Origin: Priapulus caudatus
Lineage: Eukaryota
DNA length: 64,000 nt
Direction: 5' to 3'
Assembly: GCF_000485595.1 (NCBI RefSeq)
Contig: NW_014577072.1
Location: 555,413-619,412, forward strand
Part shown: positions 14,430 to 28,590 of the stretch, in pieces
Numbering within the stretch: position 1 is the first letter of the stretch
Layout of the letters: each line of letters starts with the position of its first letter
The notes under the pieces: generated by a model
The model's database searches: none
Told to the model about the DNA's origin: nothing
What the model saw: the letters and a program-made list of their open reading frames with translations, nothing else
Position numbers and translations under genes: made by a program

Positions 14430-14650
14430 TGCCGGCATATTATATGCAGCACCGTACTACACCAGATCAGACTATACCGCATCGTACCCTATCGTGCCGT
14501 ACGATATCGTATACCGTACCGTACCGTACCGTGCTCTACCGCACCGAGCCACGACGTGCCGTATGCCGGCGTATTATACGGTACCGTATAGTATCGTACT
14601 GTTCTGTATCGTACAGTACCGTTTCGCAACTCACCATATCGTGCCATATG
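14430..14650. repeat. Degenerate pentamer microsatellite (GTACC/GTATC)n
   Basis: e.g. ATACCGTACCGTACCGTACCGT at ~14511-14532, decaying on both sides. Confidence 0.85.
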
Positions 14651-17498
14651 ATGTATAATGTTTATGATATCGTACAAGTTCGATGTATGTTCTATTTTGG
14701 AGGGCCAATCGACAATAAATTTACTACGTCACGAATTTTCTATGGTAAATTTTGTAAAATTTTTGTTGCCATTTTTTTACATTAAAAGTAAGAACTAACG
14801 GGATTGTTTGTAACTAATTGGGACTAAACGTATCGTCAAATTCTTACCTAATAAGATTGTTTCTCAACTAGTTAAAAATCCAAAAAACCTGGACGATTTG
14901 ATATTAGGGTTCCTAACATTAATTGCTTGCTATGGGCTATGTACATGCGTCACGAGTGTATGTTCACATCGAACAATATTATAGTAAAATAAGAAGTATA
15001 ATGCAGCAATTTAACCATTAAAAGTGAACAAAATTACTTATATTTTGTGAAAAAATGGAAATATTATTTTCATTTTTTACTATTTACGGTGACGTAATCA
15101 CTATAAGGAGGGAAAATCAATTACAGTATTCGTGAAATCAGAAGACGCATTCGCGTGCGTGCGCGTGTACATGTGCTTACGCCCGCACACTAGAGGCGGT
15201 TACTCGTCGACGTATAACATATCATCCCTTGTCCCGTCATAAACTCAATATATAACTTCGCTTTGATAGCAGTAAATTAGAATTTATCTTATACATTTAT
15301 ACCAAATTACTCGCACGTAACTGGGTTAGCTTTCACATGAGATGCATATTTCAAACTAATATAAATTCTATGATTAAAGACGACCGGACCATCGTATATA
15401 CATACGCTCCTATATATCGCCTGCAAACTCTATATTTCTACATCGACCAACAACGAATCTGCGGTTATTTCCCCATATCTGGCTAATAGAAAACTCACGA
15501 GAAACTAGATGCCGATAATAGCCTGCACTATCGCCGAGGCTTTAGTAAACACATAAGGGGGATTGATTTTATATATGTACGTTGGTGGTATCGTAAGCTC
15601 ACTTACGAGTTATGCGTCGTTTTTCTTCCGTTGAGCGTTAACTGTACGAGATGTATAATAGTTTTTAGCGTAGTCATACAATGCGCTACACAAAACTAGT
15701 TCCGTGACAGACTGACATTCAATTCATGGACAATGTATTTTATAAATTAAGAGAGATTTTTTTTCGCTTCCCTTTTTCTATTCTTTTTGTCTTTCCTTTT
15801 TTTTCTCTCTCTCTCTCTCTCTTTCTTTACTCGTTCTCTGTTGTCTGTTGTTTTCTCTCTCTCCTCTCGCTCTTTTGTTTTCTCCTCTCTCTACCTCTTT
15901 ATATTCATATATGATAAAAAATACATGCATACATATATTCAAATATCAATAATTGGATAGATTAGATATGTAGTTATAGATAGGTTAGATATAATATGTT
16001 ATGAGATATTTTATTTTAAACCAAAACCATAACTATAACGAACAAGATATATAGTGCTTATCGCAATGTCTGCTCATAATTAATGCCAAAATCTTGATGT
16101 GAATGTGACACCAAAATCTATCCGAGTTGTTATTTTTATAAACACAAGGGAATGTCATAATAATTTATAGCGCGTTTACGGCATCCAATATCTGCGTCAC
16201 TGTTCGTTCTTCGGACGAGAGCTCGTCGCAGCTAGTTATTAGTATAGCATTTATTTCATCTTCGTCGTTATATGATAGGCTCCCGACTTTAAGCTCGTGG
16301 ATAAATTCACGTGAACTTGTAGCTACCGCTAAACCTATAGTTGACGGACGAGGCGCGTCTGAAATGTCCATACAGTGTTATGCTTGTGCTGGGTATCGGC
16401 GAGCACTCTCGCTGGTAACCAGTATAGGTATAAGTAACAAGTTTGCTCATTATCTACACGGCCGCCTACACTTTTCGGAGGCATAAGTTTGCTTCGTCGC
16501 AGATCATGAATATCAACCTTTGCCGGTTGATTGAAGAGAACCGGCGACGCTTAGCTATCGTGCCGTGATTTTGCACTGCCTATACTCTCGCGTTCTGTTT
16601 CATTTAAGCACGTTCCAATGATTGATTACTGTACTGCTAAGCTCTCAAGTCAAGAGCCCAACCCGAATCAATACACACATCCCCACGTATGCCCGTTATT
16701 TGCCGCGTAACAGAATCTTGAATTCCGCACGGTGTGGATATTAGCAAAATCATTTATTTAAACAACACGGCAACGAAAACGCTTCCCCTTTATTGCTGTG
16801 TTGACAGAGAAGAGAAAAACCAATCTTAGGCGCAAACATGTAGTCTCTGAGTTGAATGAGGTCTCCACTCGGCTCGCGAGCTAAGAACATGAAGGCATGA
16901 GACATGCCACACCGTCGGGAAAGTGCCGAGCAATAATCTCGGGTGTTATAGGCATTTAGTGCTGCAATACAGTTATTAAACCTTCGCAGATTGCGTCTCG
17001 TACTTGAGCGCAGCGCTGCTTAAATCGTTATATGCTAACCGCATTTGCATAGGGCTAACGACGCTCGTCTTAGACCGTAATGTGCGCGCATGCATGTCGA
17101 AGACTAAACGCAGCGCAAATTCGCATTGCGTCTTTTGCTTGGTGTGTGGTAGATCTTATCGTAAAGACGTTTATGCGCATTTAACTTCGCATATAGAAAT
17201 TAACAGATTTTCGCATTAGATTTTGTCTCAATCCCGTGATTATCTTAAACATCAATAAGAGATGCATCCAGTCAATTAGATGTTTATAGTATGAAACTCA
17301 TATTATCACCAAAATGAATTGATGTATTAACGTCTCATAATTGCCATATCGCAAACAGTGTACCATACCGTAATTTCGTATGTGTCATAAGGTACTGTTA
17401 GCGTTGTGCCATTTAGGAAGGATCGATAGAACAATAGAAGCCAAAGATCCAGTTACATACATTTGATACACCAGCGACGGTACGCAACGATTGGTACT

Positions 17499-18225
17499 AC
17501 ACGCGCACACACACACCCGCGCGCGCGCGCGCACACACACACGCACGCACGCACGCACGCACGCACGCACACACACACATGCACGCACGCACACACACAC
17601 ACACACCACACACAATCATACGCACAAAGCACACCGCACACACGCACACATGCACAACAACGCCCACCACACATACGCAACACACACACGCGACACACAC
17701 ACATGTGCGCACAAACACGCACGCACGGGCCGCGGGCACGCACGCACGCAGCAGCACGACAGATAAGACATGAGCACACGCACAATGACTCAAACACATA
17801 CAGACACGACACGAACAACGGCAAACACACACCCTCACGCACAGCACTACTACAGCACACACAGCACACACACACACAACACACACCAACACACACAGCA
17901 CACAGCCAAAACCCACCACCACACCACTACAATACACAAACACCACCACACATACCACACACACACACGCGCACACCACACGACATGTGGCACACCACAC
18001 GCCGCACGTGCGCACGCACGCACACCACACACACATAAACATACATCACCAGCAACCACTCAAACACATACACACGCACGAACAAACGCAAACAAACACA
18101 CCTCACGCACACACATACACACACACACACACACACACCACACACACAACACACACCACACCACACGACATGCATGCAAACACACAAACACCTACAATAC
18201 ACAAACACAGCACACATACCTGCAA
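17499..18225. repeat. Long degenerate (CA)n/(CACG)n tract
   Basis: Low-complexity CA-rich sequence; the source of the His/Thr and Val/Cys ORFs. Confidence 0.9.
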
Positions 18226-18669
18226 TGACCTGCTTCGACTTACTTCGACGTCCTTCAGTGCTATGAGGTGACGAGAGGCTTGCATTTCAGTGCCGCTACA
18301 CTTACTATCGATGGTCTTTCAAAGCAAAACAAACAGCTGAAATGTATAACCCGTCGCAAGAGCTCTAAAGCGCTCTATATCGCTGGTGTTTTCCCCTGGC
18401 TAAGGGGAACGAAATCCGTTTTTGCGAATACAAGAAAACGTGAAATCGAATCTTGCCTGATAGAATTTGAATGAACCCACTGACATATGGACACGAACAT
18501 GAATAAGTATATCGTACTGGCTTCTGGCTCATTTGTATGGCTTTCCTTAAGTATACACTTCCACACATTTAATCAATATTGCGAATATGTTTTATTATTT
18601 AAAAGACAAGAACTATAAACTGTATATACATCATATATGATACGTCAAATATATGCGTTCTTTACGTTT

Positions 18670-21600
18670 ATGTGCGTGTGTGTGCATATGCGTGAATAAG
18701 GGTGTGTGTGTGCGCGTCCCTTTGTGTGTGTGTGTGTGTGCCGTGTTGTGTGTGTGTGTGGTCCGGGCGTGTTGTGTCGTGTGTGCTGTGTGGTGTGTGG
18801 TGTGCGTCCGGGTTGTGTAGTTGTGTGTCTCAATGGGATGCGTGCGTCGTAAAGTCGATTAGCGTCGTTAAATCTGGAAGTATAGATGCGCCTGCTAGTC
18901 AAAAGTGAGGACTATTTATCATGAAATCCTGGGCAATCTAACTATAAATATACATTATGTATACCTCGCAAGATTGGCGTATTACATATACAATAACTTG
19001 CTTGCTACGTGCGGGGCATGTCCGCGTGTTGCATCATTAGGATTTTATTAACATTCTGAAAAGAGTGAAGAAGAATATTGGCTAAGAGCAATAAGCGTTG
19101 TGGCAAAATTCAGTTCGTTGAAGAAAGAATAATGCAATCAATAACTAACAGTAATGTATTTTGCCAACCAGTACTGCAATTTTACATCGACTTGCGCACA
19201 GGTTAATCATGTTGGCTTAGGCAGAGATACAGCTGCATTAGGCGCTATTTCAACCTACTATATCTTGGTTTGCTGCGACCAGCACGGCCAAGTTGCATCG
19301 ATGGCAATAGGACTCACGAAATCATACAATCTCAACGATTCGTAGTGAAAATTATCCTCGATTTTTTACTATACAAGTCCCGATTTTCCCTTGCCTATAG
19401 CGCATACAGAAATGATACAGCAGTGCGCATGCCTGTTAAAATATGTTCGTTAAGATTGCTCGTATGTGTGAGCGCAGGAGTACAGGCGATGCGCGAGAGC
19501 CATGTGAAAGCGAAAGGCGCGCTTCGGTCTCCATTCGTTGCGGCGGCGAGATGGCAAAGTTGCATCGCCTCCGCGATGCCGTTCGCAAGCGAGCCTCATT
19601 TCCCTGTGTGAACGCTCGCTCGCGGCGTCTTTCCGCGTCTCGAAGAGATGCGGAACACGACGGCCGTAAACGCGGTGGCGGTGCGGTCGCCGCTGTCGCC
19701 CCATCATATTTACTCGCGCTGCGTGGTCTCGCGGCGCCGGAAGATTAGGAGACGGCGCGCATCTGCTCGGTTGGGGAGGCATGCCAGATTCAGTCTGTTT
19801 ACCGGTACACGCGCTGTTCAAAGCAAACATGGGATAACTGCCGTTAACACCCTTTTCCTATCAGAAGATGTTGCGGTAGTAGGCTTCTATAGTGAACGCA
19901 TGTGCTTTCCTAGTCGGTTTTTGTGTGTTCAGCATCTTTCCGCTTGCTTCCGCTCTTTTATTTTCGATGTAAAACAACACGCTTTTTATTTTCATGTAAC
20001 GAACACTTCTTTTATTTTTTGAATGTAAACGACACTATCTTCTGTTTCCATCGTAGGCGGGGACGCCACTAATGCCACGTCATTGATGGGCCACGGTTAA
20101 TAAAATGACATTTATTTCACGTTGTGTTTCTTATGAGAGATTAATGACCTTAAATTGCCGGTAGTTGGGCGTTTTCGCGCAACACAGCATGATCGCATTA
20201 GAAGATTGATGCACGTCGCCCGTACCAAGGTCTCTCTTTCTAACCAACCACACCACCACCACCACCACCGACGACCAGCCTGACTAGATGAGCCGAGCCA
20301 CTCATCGACCGACTCAGCTTGTGATCGTGTGATAAGCTGCCTTCCTCCGTGCGCATCGCTCGTTTGTAAGCTGCGAACATCTTCGATAAACCCTCATAAC
20401 TAAGTTCCATAGGCTCGTTATGATGCCGATTGTTACGATAATGAAAGCAACTCAGGCGAATGTACATAAAATCAGTGACGAGAACGCAGGGCGCCCTAGT
20501 GAGCGTTTCTGTATTACATCGTCAGCAGGCGTTACGTGGAACGAATGACCATAGAATTCTGTACGCGCCTGTAGAGGACATCTTGCCGATGTCACCGGTC
20601 CCGATTGCCCGATGGCCTATTAACGATTAACGCAGTGTGATCTGTCTAGTAACGACTAACCGAACATCGCAGGCCGAACACTACACACACAGACACCCGC
20701 TCGGCGTCCATTACGCCAGCGAACCGGCCTGGCCGCCGCAAATGTTCTGCGGACAATCGCGGTAGGTCACAGCGCTGCGTATGATAGGGTGCAATCATGC
20801 CGTAAGGAACTCTCTCAATCTCACTTTGTAGGACGCTTGCAACGCGTGTCAACAGCGCAACGCGCTACCTCTACGACCACTTAGTTGTACCATTTTGGTC
20901 TTCTCCCTCACTATGCGCAGACTCTGCATCCGCGAGCACTTTCACACATTCACACTTACACACACACCACACAGCCACAGCGCGACACGCTGATCATTTA
21001 TATTCTCAAACTCTCAAGTGCTCATTTGCTCTTAGTCATCTTATCTTGCGATAAAAAAAAGTTAGGTGTAGTATTACTCGCGTATATCTATACTCGCTCC
21101 AAAAAACGGTCACGGTGATTTCAGTGGTCATACAATATTAGCACACCCGTCCATGCTTCCTATAGTTAGGTCGGCATGCTACAACACCAGTACGGTACAG
21201 AGGGATAAATCCTGCTACAGTTCCGAAAATGACGGCATATAGCTCCGATCTCCTCATAAGAACCTCTCAGAACTAGTTCAGCTAGTGAGACTTATATAAC
21301 GCGGGTAATATTAGAGCTAATATTGTGTGAGATGCGCTACCGCGGCTGGCCACCTAATGTACACCGTATGCACACTCTGAAGTTTCTACATCGTTTGTGC
21401 CCAATAGCATGAATCTAGATCGACTCGTTGGAAACTAGAGCCGCTATTCAATGCATTTGGTCATCTATATTTGGATTTTTCAGTATAATATCAAAATTTA
21501 TCCGACTAGCGACGGGGGGAGGTGGCCCCTAATTACCGCGCTAACTGCAACGATACCGACACAAACCTGCTCAATCATGTCACATCCCTAGATCCTGCCA

Positions 21601-24600
21601 GACTCGCTCGGTGACCGCGGGGTACTACGAAATCACCAGCGCTCCAAATTCATGAGCCTACGCAGCGATATGAGACCACTCCGCACCCCACACAGCGAGC
21701 GCTGCCGCACGCTACGCGTAATATTCTGCAGCTTAGCTCTTCCAGATCAATATACCTTAACGTCGACGCTCGGCATATTCACCGTCATTTTGACGCACGC
21801 TAACTCCTACATCGGGACACCACACCTCACCACCCGCACGCGAGCGCATAGCGACACCCCATATGGGGCACGGACGTCTCGCGACTTAGCAGTCACTCTT
21901 ACATAGCTATCAGAAATGACGATCATCATATCGCGCGCGAGCTCATCATTCCAGCTCGCACAACAAGACATTATCTGTCCATCAGAGAACAGACAACTAG
22001 TCTCTCGTAGTCCTCTCGCTCACGTCGTGGCACACAACTGTTACACATAAACTCCCTCTCCAATGGCCTTGCCATGGAATATACATTCCTACGCATCAAC
22101 ATCAAACCTCTCTCAAGGTGAATAACCTCATTGGGTGATATGAAATAGTCGGCTCTTCACAAACACACACGTACGGCGTTCAGGCGACTGGGACGAGCGA
22201 ACGTTAGCATGCCACAGCCTTGTAATATACGACACCGCAGACAGAGATCCAAATGATTGCCGTATAGCGCACTCCTCTGAGCAGGCTGCGTACAGGGAGT
22301 CATGCTCCGTCATGATCTGACATGCCGAAGACATATTATGGGTACATCGAATATGATTCAAAGATTCTACAGGATAATTGCGAGAAGATGTGTCGGATTA
22401 GTGTGCATAAGGTCGTGCTTGCCGGTCACTGTATGATACTGGCTTCTAAGTGAAACGTACAGCGGCGACAATCAAGTGATATACAATGATGGTATCATAC
22501 GAGCTGCTGTAGGTGTGACAGTATTGCTAATCATCTAACATAAGAGGTGAAAGCCATCTGACAGGTACTGCGGCGAGTGAAGAACCAGCAGGTTCATCAA
22601 AGTCTGCCACTCGCTGCCTCGCACAGATAGAAGGAAAATGCTAATACTAATAGTAGGCGATGGGTCATTATTATAAAATCTGTGTGAGTGTGAACATGAG
22701 TCGGTTGTCAATTGAGCTTGGCGTGTCAATAGCGCGATCAGAAGCCCGCCGAAAAGCACTGACAGAACAGTCCACAATCGCGCAAGCGACTAACATATCA
22801 AACACTCTGCCGACAATTTCTGCGAAATTGACACTAGAACAAATAGCTCACAAAGATGGACCATCAAATCGTGTGAGGACACTCGTGAAGAGCAGTTATC
22901 ATAGATACGGACTCAATTAGGCTCATCATAGTTTAGCAATCTGAATCATGTCAAAAATAATGTATGGGCAATAGGATGTACTCTCAGCAGTAATAGATAT
23001 TCGAAGCATTTATATATATACTGTGTGTGTAACTAACTGCAGTGTGTAGGTGTGTTGACTACTCGAGTGATTGATATATATATATACGCGTGACTGATGT
23101 GATAACGCGTTGTATGTTCGTGGATATATGGCTGTGTGTATACTGTAGATCTACGCGCACGCACCAGCGCCACACGTGCTCACCTAGGCCGCGTTACTAG
23201 CGCTGATGTGATATATAGTTTCTATTACATAGAACTGCGTGTATACATAGATTATTACGAGAGTCACACAGACTTTGATGAAGCCTGCCACCTGGGATTC
23301 TTCGTTCGGTTTGTGTTCTTGCGCTGTACCGCTGTGTGCTCGCGTGTGTCTTGTGTGTGCTGTTCTGTTCATAGCCCACACTGAAATCTCACAAGCTTGT
23401 GTGGGACTTCGCTTCGCATAGTGTGTGTGTCGGTAGGTTGTGATACTGTGTGGGTTATCCAGTTTGTTGTGTGTGTGTTTGTCAGTTTGTTAGAATGTTA
23501 GTTTTAATACCTGTCGCCCGGTGTTAAGACGGCTGCTGTGTGTACTACGGTATGTGCGTGATACGCGTCCGACTTGTGCCATCCCTGTAAATAAACGACG
23601 CACATCGCTGAGCTAGACACCGCCCTCAATGGACATGTTTTTATTATTGCGCGCCCCCTGTGTGTGCTGACTACGCCGTGACTGTCCGGACTACGCGTGT
23701 TCGCGATCGTGATACGCGTGCGTTGCGTGAGCCTACGCGGGCGATCTGTGTCGTCGACCGACGCCGACTCGCCTTTAAGTAAACGTTAGAACACACGATG
23801 ACTCGCGCTGCGCCAGCGCCGCGCGTGTAGTGCGTGGCTTGTGTCGTGCTGATGCTGGTTCGTGCGGTGTGTGAGTGTGTGTGCCTGTGAGGTTGAATAG
23901 TACCCCTCGTGAGATGCGTGTGTGTCGTTGTTGTGAACTATCCACCGTGTGTACGTTGTGACTTACCGTGAATTGGGTCTGTGTGCGTGCGTGTACACCC
24001 TGCACCCGCGTTGCGTGTAGCATAGACTACGCAGTCATGAGCCTGGTCTTCGTGTGTGACTACGCGTGTGTTTGTGTGTGCTACTGGACCCGCTCGGGAC
24101 TACTATACAAGAAGAGCTACATCTATGTGGACGATCTCCCCATACATACTGCTTCCAGAATGACTCTTATTGACATAAGCTTTCTGATGTAGGTCGCTGA
24201 AAACCTGTGCGTCTCGAAGACTACGCGTAGCATGCGCTCCACGGCTAAGTGACTCGCCGCAGTCTTCTTGGTTTTCATAATCATCGGCGCCATAAGTAAC
24301 GTGAAACTCATGAATCTGATAAAGCATGTCGTATATACCCGATGTCATACAATCGAAGATATAGTGCGTACTCGTTTGAACGCGTGTCTAATGCAAGAAT
24401 CTCTCATCTCACACAATACTTACCCTTCACGCATATAGATAGGATTGTAGAGTGGATTGCACCCGTTAGACGAAATAAACCGTAATTAGGACGTCATGCT
24501 CATCCTCCCATAGAGTAACTACCTGTCCTTTTGGTCGCCTATCAGCGTTCCAGTGTATGTAGTCCGAGCTGCCGACCCCCCCCCCCGGTCCAGTAGTCCA

Positions 24601-26077
24601 GACCGTCGCGGCAGCCTGGCACCCCGAGGTCGTGAGATCCGTAGTCCGCGACGCTCCAGTTTGTAAAAAAGGGAAACAATCGGACTGAACAAGGCGGTCT
24701 AAACATGCAGAACACAAAAGGCAGGCAACTATATATCGCACACCACTCGTGCATCGTAGACGTTTCACGGTGACCGTCATCCAGTCAGCGTCTACCGCCG
24801 CGTACTTTTGTTATGTCGTTCGTGTTGTTCGGCAGAACCGAAGCCGTGCGTTCCCTCGCCTTGAACATCCTTAACACTCAATTGCACATGACCACAGTAG
24901 TCTCCTCGATAGAAAGCGTTTCACTTCCTCTCCCTGGCTATATATAAATAATTGTGAATCGTGCAAGTCCTATCAGTTGTCTTGCCTGTGCTCGCGTGAC
25001 ACTATCGCGTTCAATAACGCCGTCAATGTCTCCATGGTAACCATTTCTACTCCTCGTCGCAATAGCCGCTTCGTGCGTTTCGCAACCTTTACAACGTGTC
25101 GTGCCGGTGGTCACGTTGTGCCCCCGCCGCCGTGTGCCAGGTACCACCGTCTGCCCCCTAAATACGTCGCGTACGGCCCCTGTCGCTCTCTTACGCTCAA
25201 GCCCCCCGTCCGCGGTGATGGCTACACGGCTCGCACTCTCTGTACGCGTGCACCACGCGCCTGTGTGCCTCGTGACTACGCTGCGCTGGCCACGTTGATT
25301 CTATTCACGCCGGTCTGATCTTCTCTCGTCGTACCTCACACGTGTTCCTCACACAGCGTCCTTTTTTACCCACTTTCACTACGCTGTGTGCCGCCCTTCT
25401 CGTCCGCTCGCGGTGTCGCTTCCGGCAGTCGACCCCCCCCCTCAGTGACCTACCGCGTCGGTGTACCGTGCACTCACGCGTCGGCCTCTCTCCCCGGTGT
25501 TCCACTGTACGTGGATCTCTACGCGTTGGACGTCGCAGCTACGCCGTTTGTGTGTGTGACTACCGCGGTCGCTGTACGTGACTAGCCGCTGGTTCGTCAC
25601 GTGACTACGCGTGTGTACGCCTGACACGCCGTGTGTGCCTCGAGACTACGCGGTGATGTACCTGACCTACGCGTTGTGTCACCGTGACTACGCTTGGTGC
25701 TGTCGCGACTCATCGCGTTTGTCACGTGACCTACGGTCGCCGTGCTTGTCCGCGCGTGTCCCAGTCACATCCTGTGCATCGGGTCCCCCTCTGTGCCGGT
25801 TTGCCCTCCCGCCTGGTGTGTCGGTTGGACTACCCGCTGTTTGTCACGTGCACTACTCGCGTGTGCGGTGCTACACGTGGCTGCTGCACGTCACACCGTT
25901 GTGCCCGTGCACTGAGTGTCTGCGTCGTCGCCTGCACGTCGGTCGCGTGCTGGTTGCCGCTGCCCGTCGTTTTTGCAGTGCGTTGTGAACCTTAACACGC
26001 GAGCGCGTAGCTGTGTGCACGCTTACACCGTGCCATGCGTGCGTGCGTGCCCCCCTTCCTCTATCCCTACTGGTGCT
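18670..26077 (+). other. Noisy long-read-like duplicate of 27264-~33830 (probable false duplication)
   Basis: 18842-20570 is collinear with 27379-28968, differing mostly by 1-2 bp indels. Later anchors: 21345~29251 (GGCTGCCACTAATGTACACC) and 22423~29716 (CGGTCACTG...CTAAGTGAAA). From ~23.6 kb, remnants of the GACTACGCGT satellite. Ends in a 10-N gap. Confidence 0.85.
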
Positions 26078-26087
26078 NNNNNNNNNN

Positions 26088-26131
<44 letters not shown>

Positions 26132-26152
26132 CGTGTGTGACCACGTGTTTGT

Positions 26153-26589
26153 GCGTGACCGCGTGTATGCGTGACGCACGTGTGTGCGAGATCACGTGGG
26201 CATGAGTGATGGCGCGCCTGTTCATGAGCGCGCGGGTGCGCGTGACCCAGCGCGTAGGCGTGACCGCGTGTATGCGTGACGCACGTGTGTGCGAGATCAC
26301 GTGGGCATGAGTGATGGCGCGCCTGTTCATGAGCGCGCGGGTGCGCGTGACCCAGCGCGTAGGCGTGACCGCGTGTATGCGTGACGCACGTGTGTGCGAG
26401 ATCACGTGGGCATGAGTGATGGCGCGCCTGTTCATGAGCGCGCGGGTGCGCGTGACCCAGCGCGTAGGCGTGACCGCGTGTATGCGTGACGCACGTGTGT
26501 GCGAGATCACGTGGGCATGAGTGATGGCGCGCCTGTTCATGAGCGCGCGGGTGCGCGTGACCCAGCGCGTAGGCGTGACCGCGTGTATG
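26153..26589. repeat. 105-bp unit, 4 identical tandem copies
   Basis: GCGTGTATG recurs at 26161, 26266, 26371, 26476 and 26581. Confidence 0.95.
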
Positions 26590-26629
26590 TATGATTGTGT
26601 GTGTGCGTGATCGCACGCGCGTGCGTGAT

Positions 26630-26845
26630 TGTTTTGTGTGCGTGACCGAGCATGGGCGTGACCGCGCGTGGGCGTGACCGCGTATGTGTGCATGACCTTG
26701 CGTGTGCGTGACCGCGCGTGTGCGTTACTACGCGTGTGTGTGACTGCGTGTGTGCATGATCGTGTATGTGTGTGACCGCGCGTGTGCGTGACCGCGCGTG
26801 TGCGTGACCGCGCGTGTGCGTGACCGCGCGTGTGCGTGACCACGC
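26630..26845. repeat. 16-bp minisatellite (GTGACCGCGCGTGTGC)n
   Basis: Perfect copies at ~26772-26840, degenerate copies upstream. Confidence 0.85.
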
Positions 26846-27289
26846 ACAAGCGTAAACGCGTGCGGGTCAGCGGCCACGAAATCAGAACAAAACAGAGCGT
26901 ATGCTGTTGCGCAGCAGACATCATCTGGCAGCCACCGAGCGCTAATTTCAACTAATCCGAACAACGTGATTAAAGTAAACTGACCGCTCGCCTACATCGC
27001 AACGTTACGCTATTTTCCCATATCGATCGCGCGCCCCATTCCATCGTCTAGATGTGATGCGTGTACATGTGTACCCCGTGCAACCACATTAACGCACGCA
27101 CGCGCGCGCGCAAACCCGCACGGGTAGGCAAACGCAGGAGTGTTCGAATATCTGTTCTTATCGGGTTCAATCGATGAATAAACTATATGTTTCTCTCTAT
27201 AACTATATATATAAATACGGTTTATTCATATATATTCATATTCATTTATATTCNNNNNNNNNNGGTAGGTGTGTGTGTGCGTCCGTTCG

Positions 27290-27349
<60 letters not shown>

Positions 27350-28476
27350 GTTTGTGTACGTGTGTGTGTCACATGTGTGTGCGTCGTAAAGTGATAGCGT
27401 GCGTTAAATCTGGAAGTATATGCGCCTGCTAGTCAGAAAGGTAGTGACTATTATCAGTGAAATCCTGAGGCAATCTAACTATAAATAACATTATGTATAT
27501 TCGCAAGATTGCGTATTAAATATACAATAACTTGCTTGCTACGTGCGGCCCTGCCGTGTTCGCATCATTAAGATTTTTATAACATTCTGAAAAGACGAAG
27601 AAGAAATATTGGCTAGAGCAATAGCTTGTGGCAAATTTCATTCGGTTGAGAAATGAATAATGCAATAATAACTAACAGTAATGTATTTTGCCAACAAGTA
27701 TGCAATTTTACATCGACTTGCGCACAGTGTAATCATGTTGGCTAGGTAGAGATAGCTCATTAGGCGCTATTCAACCTACATATATCTTGGTTTGCTGCAC
27801 CAGCACGGCCAAGTTGCATCGATGGCAATAAGGGGACTCACGAAATCATACAATCTTCAACGTTTAGTGAAAAATTATTCTCGATTTTTACTATACAATG
27901 TCCCATTTTCCCTTCCTATAGCGCATAAGAAATGATACAGCAAGTCGCGCATCGCCTGTTAAATATTTCGTTAAGATTGCTCGTATTGTGTGAGCGCAGG
28001 AGTACAGCCGATGCGCGAGAGCCATGTGAAACGCAAAGGCGCCGCTTCCGTCTCCATTCGTGCGGCGGCGAGATGCAAAGTTGCATCGCCTCCGCGCATG
28101 CGCGTTCGCAAGCGAGCCTCATTTCCCTGGTGAACGCTCGCTCGGGCGTCTTTCCGCGTCTCGAAGAGATGCGGAGACAGACGGCCGTAAAACGCGGTGC
28201 GGTGCGGTCGCCAGCTGTCCGTCCCATCATCATTTCTCGCTGCGTGTTCTCGCGGACGCCAAGAAGCATTTAGGAGACGGCGCGCATCTCTCGGTGGGAG
28301 CATGCCAGAGTTCAGTTCTGTTTACGTACACGCGCTGTTCAAACAAACATGGCATAACCTGCCGTCTAACACCTTTTCCTATCAGAGATGTTGCGGTAGT
28401 AGGCTTCTATAATGAACGCATGTGCTTCCTAGTCGGTTTGTTGTGGTTCACATCTTTCCCGCTTCGCTTCACGCTC

Positions 28477-28590
28477 TTTTATTTTCGATGTAAACGAACA
28501 CGCTTTTTTATTTTCGATGTAAACGAACACTTCTTTTATTTTCGATGTAAACGAACACTTCTTTTATTTTCGATGTAAACGAACACTTCT
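28477..28590. repeat. 28-bp tandem repeat, 4 copies
   Basis: TTTTATTTTCGATGTAAACGAACACTTC; the duplicate region (~19955-20040) shows 3 copies. Confidence 0.92.

Larger units (their letters stand above)
26088..27253 (+). other. Clean contig between two 10-N gaps, duplicated in noisy form at ~33850-34865
   Basis: Shared collinear unique sequence, e.g. CAGCGGCCACGAAATCAGAAC at ~26868 and ~34459, and TTCATATATATTCATATTCATTTATATTC at both ends. Confidence 0.9.

Noticed and set aside
17385..18285. His/Thr-, Val/Cys-, Leu/Ser- and Arg/Glu-rich ORFs here and at 8.1, 12.6, 39-42, 46.8, 57 and 58.8 kb
   Set aside because: Stop-free dinucleotide repeats, open in several frames on both strands.
20230..20280. 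Possible sequencing adapter remnant in the noisy segment
   Set aside because: Poor match, and the sequence stays collinear with 28.77 kb afterwards instead of folding back.
26023..26951. 197-aa and 294-aa repetitive ORFs
   Set aside because: Products of the 105-bp and 16-bp tandem repeats; open in multiple frames.
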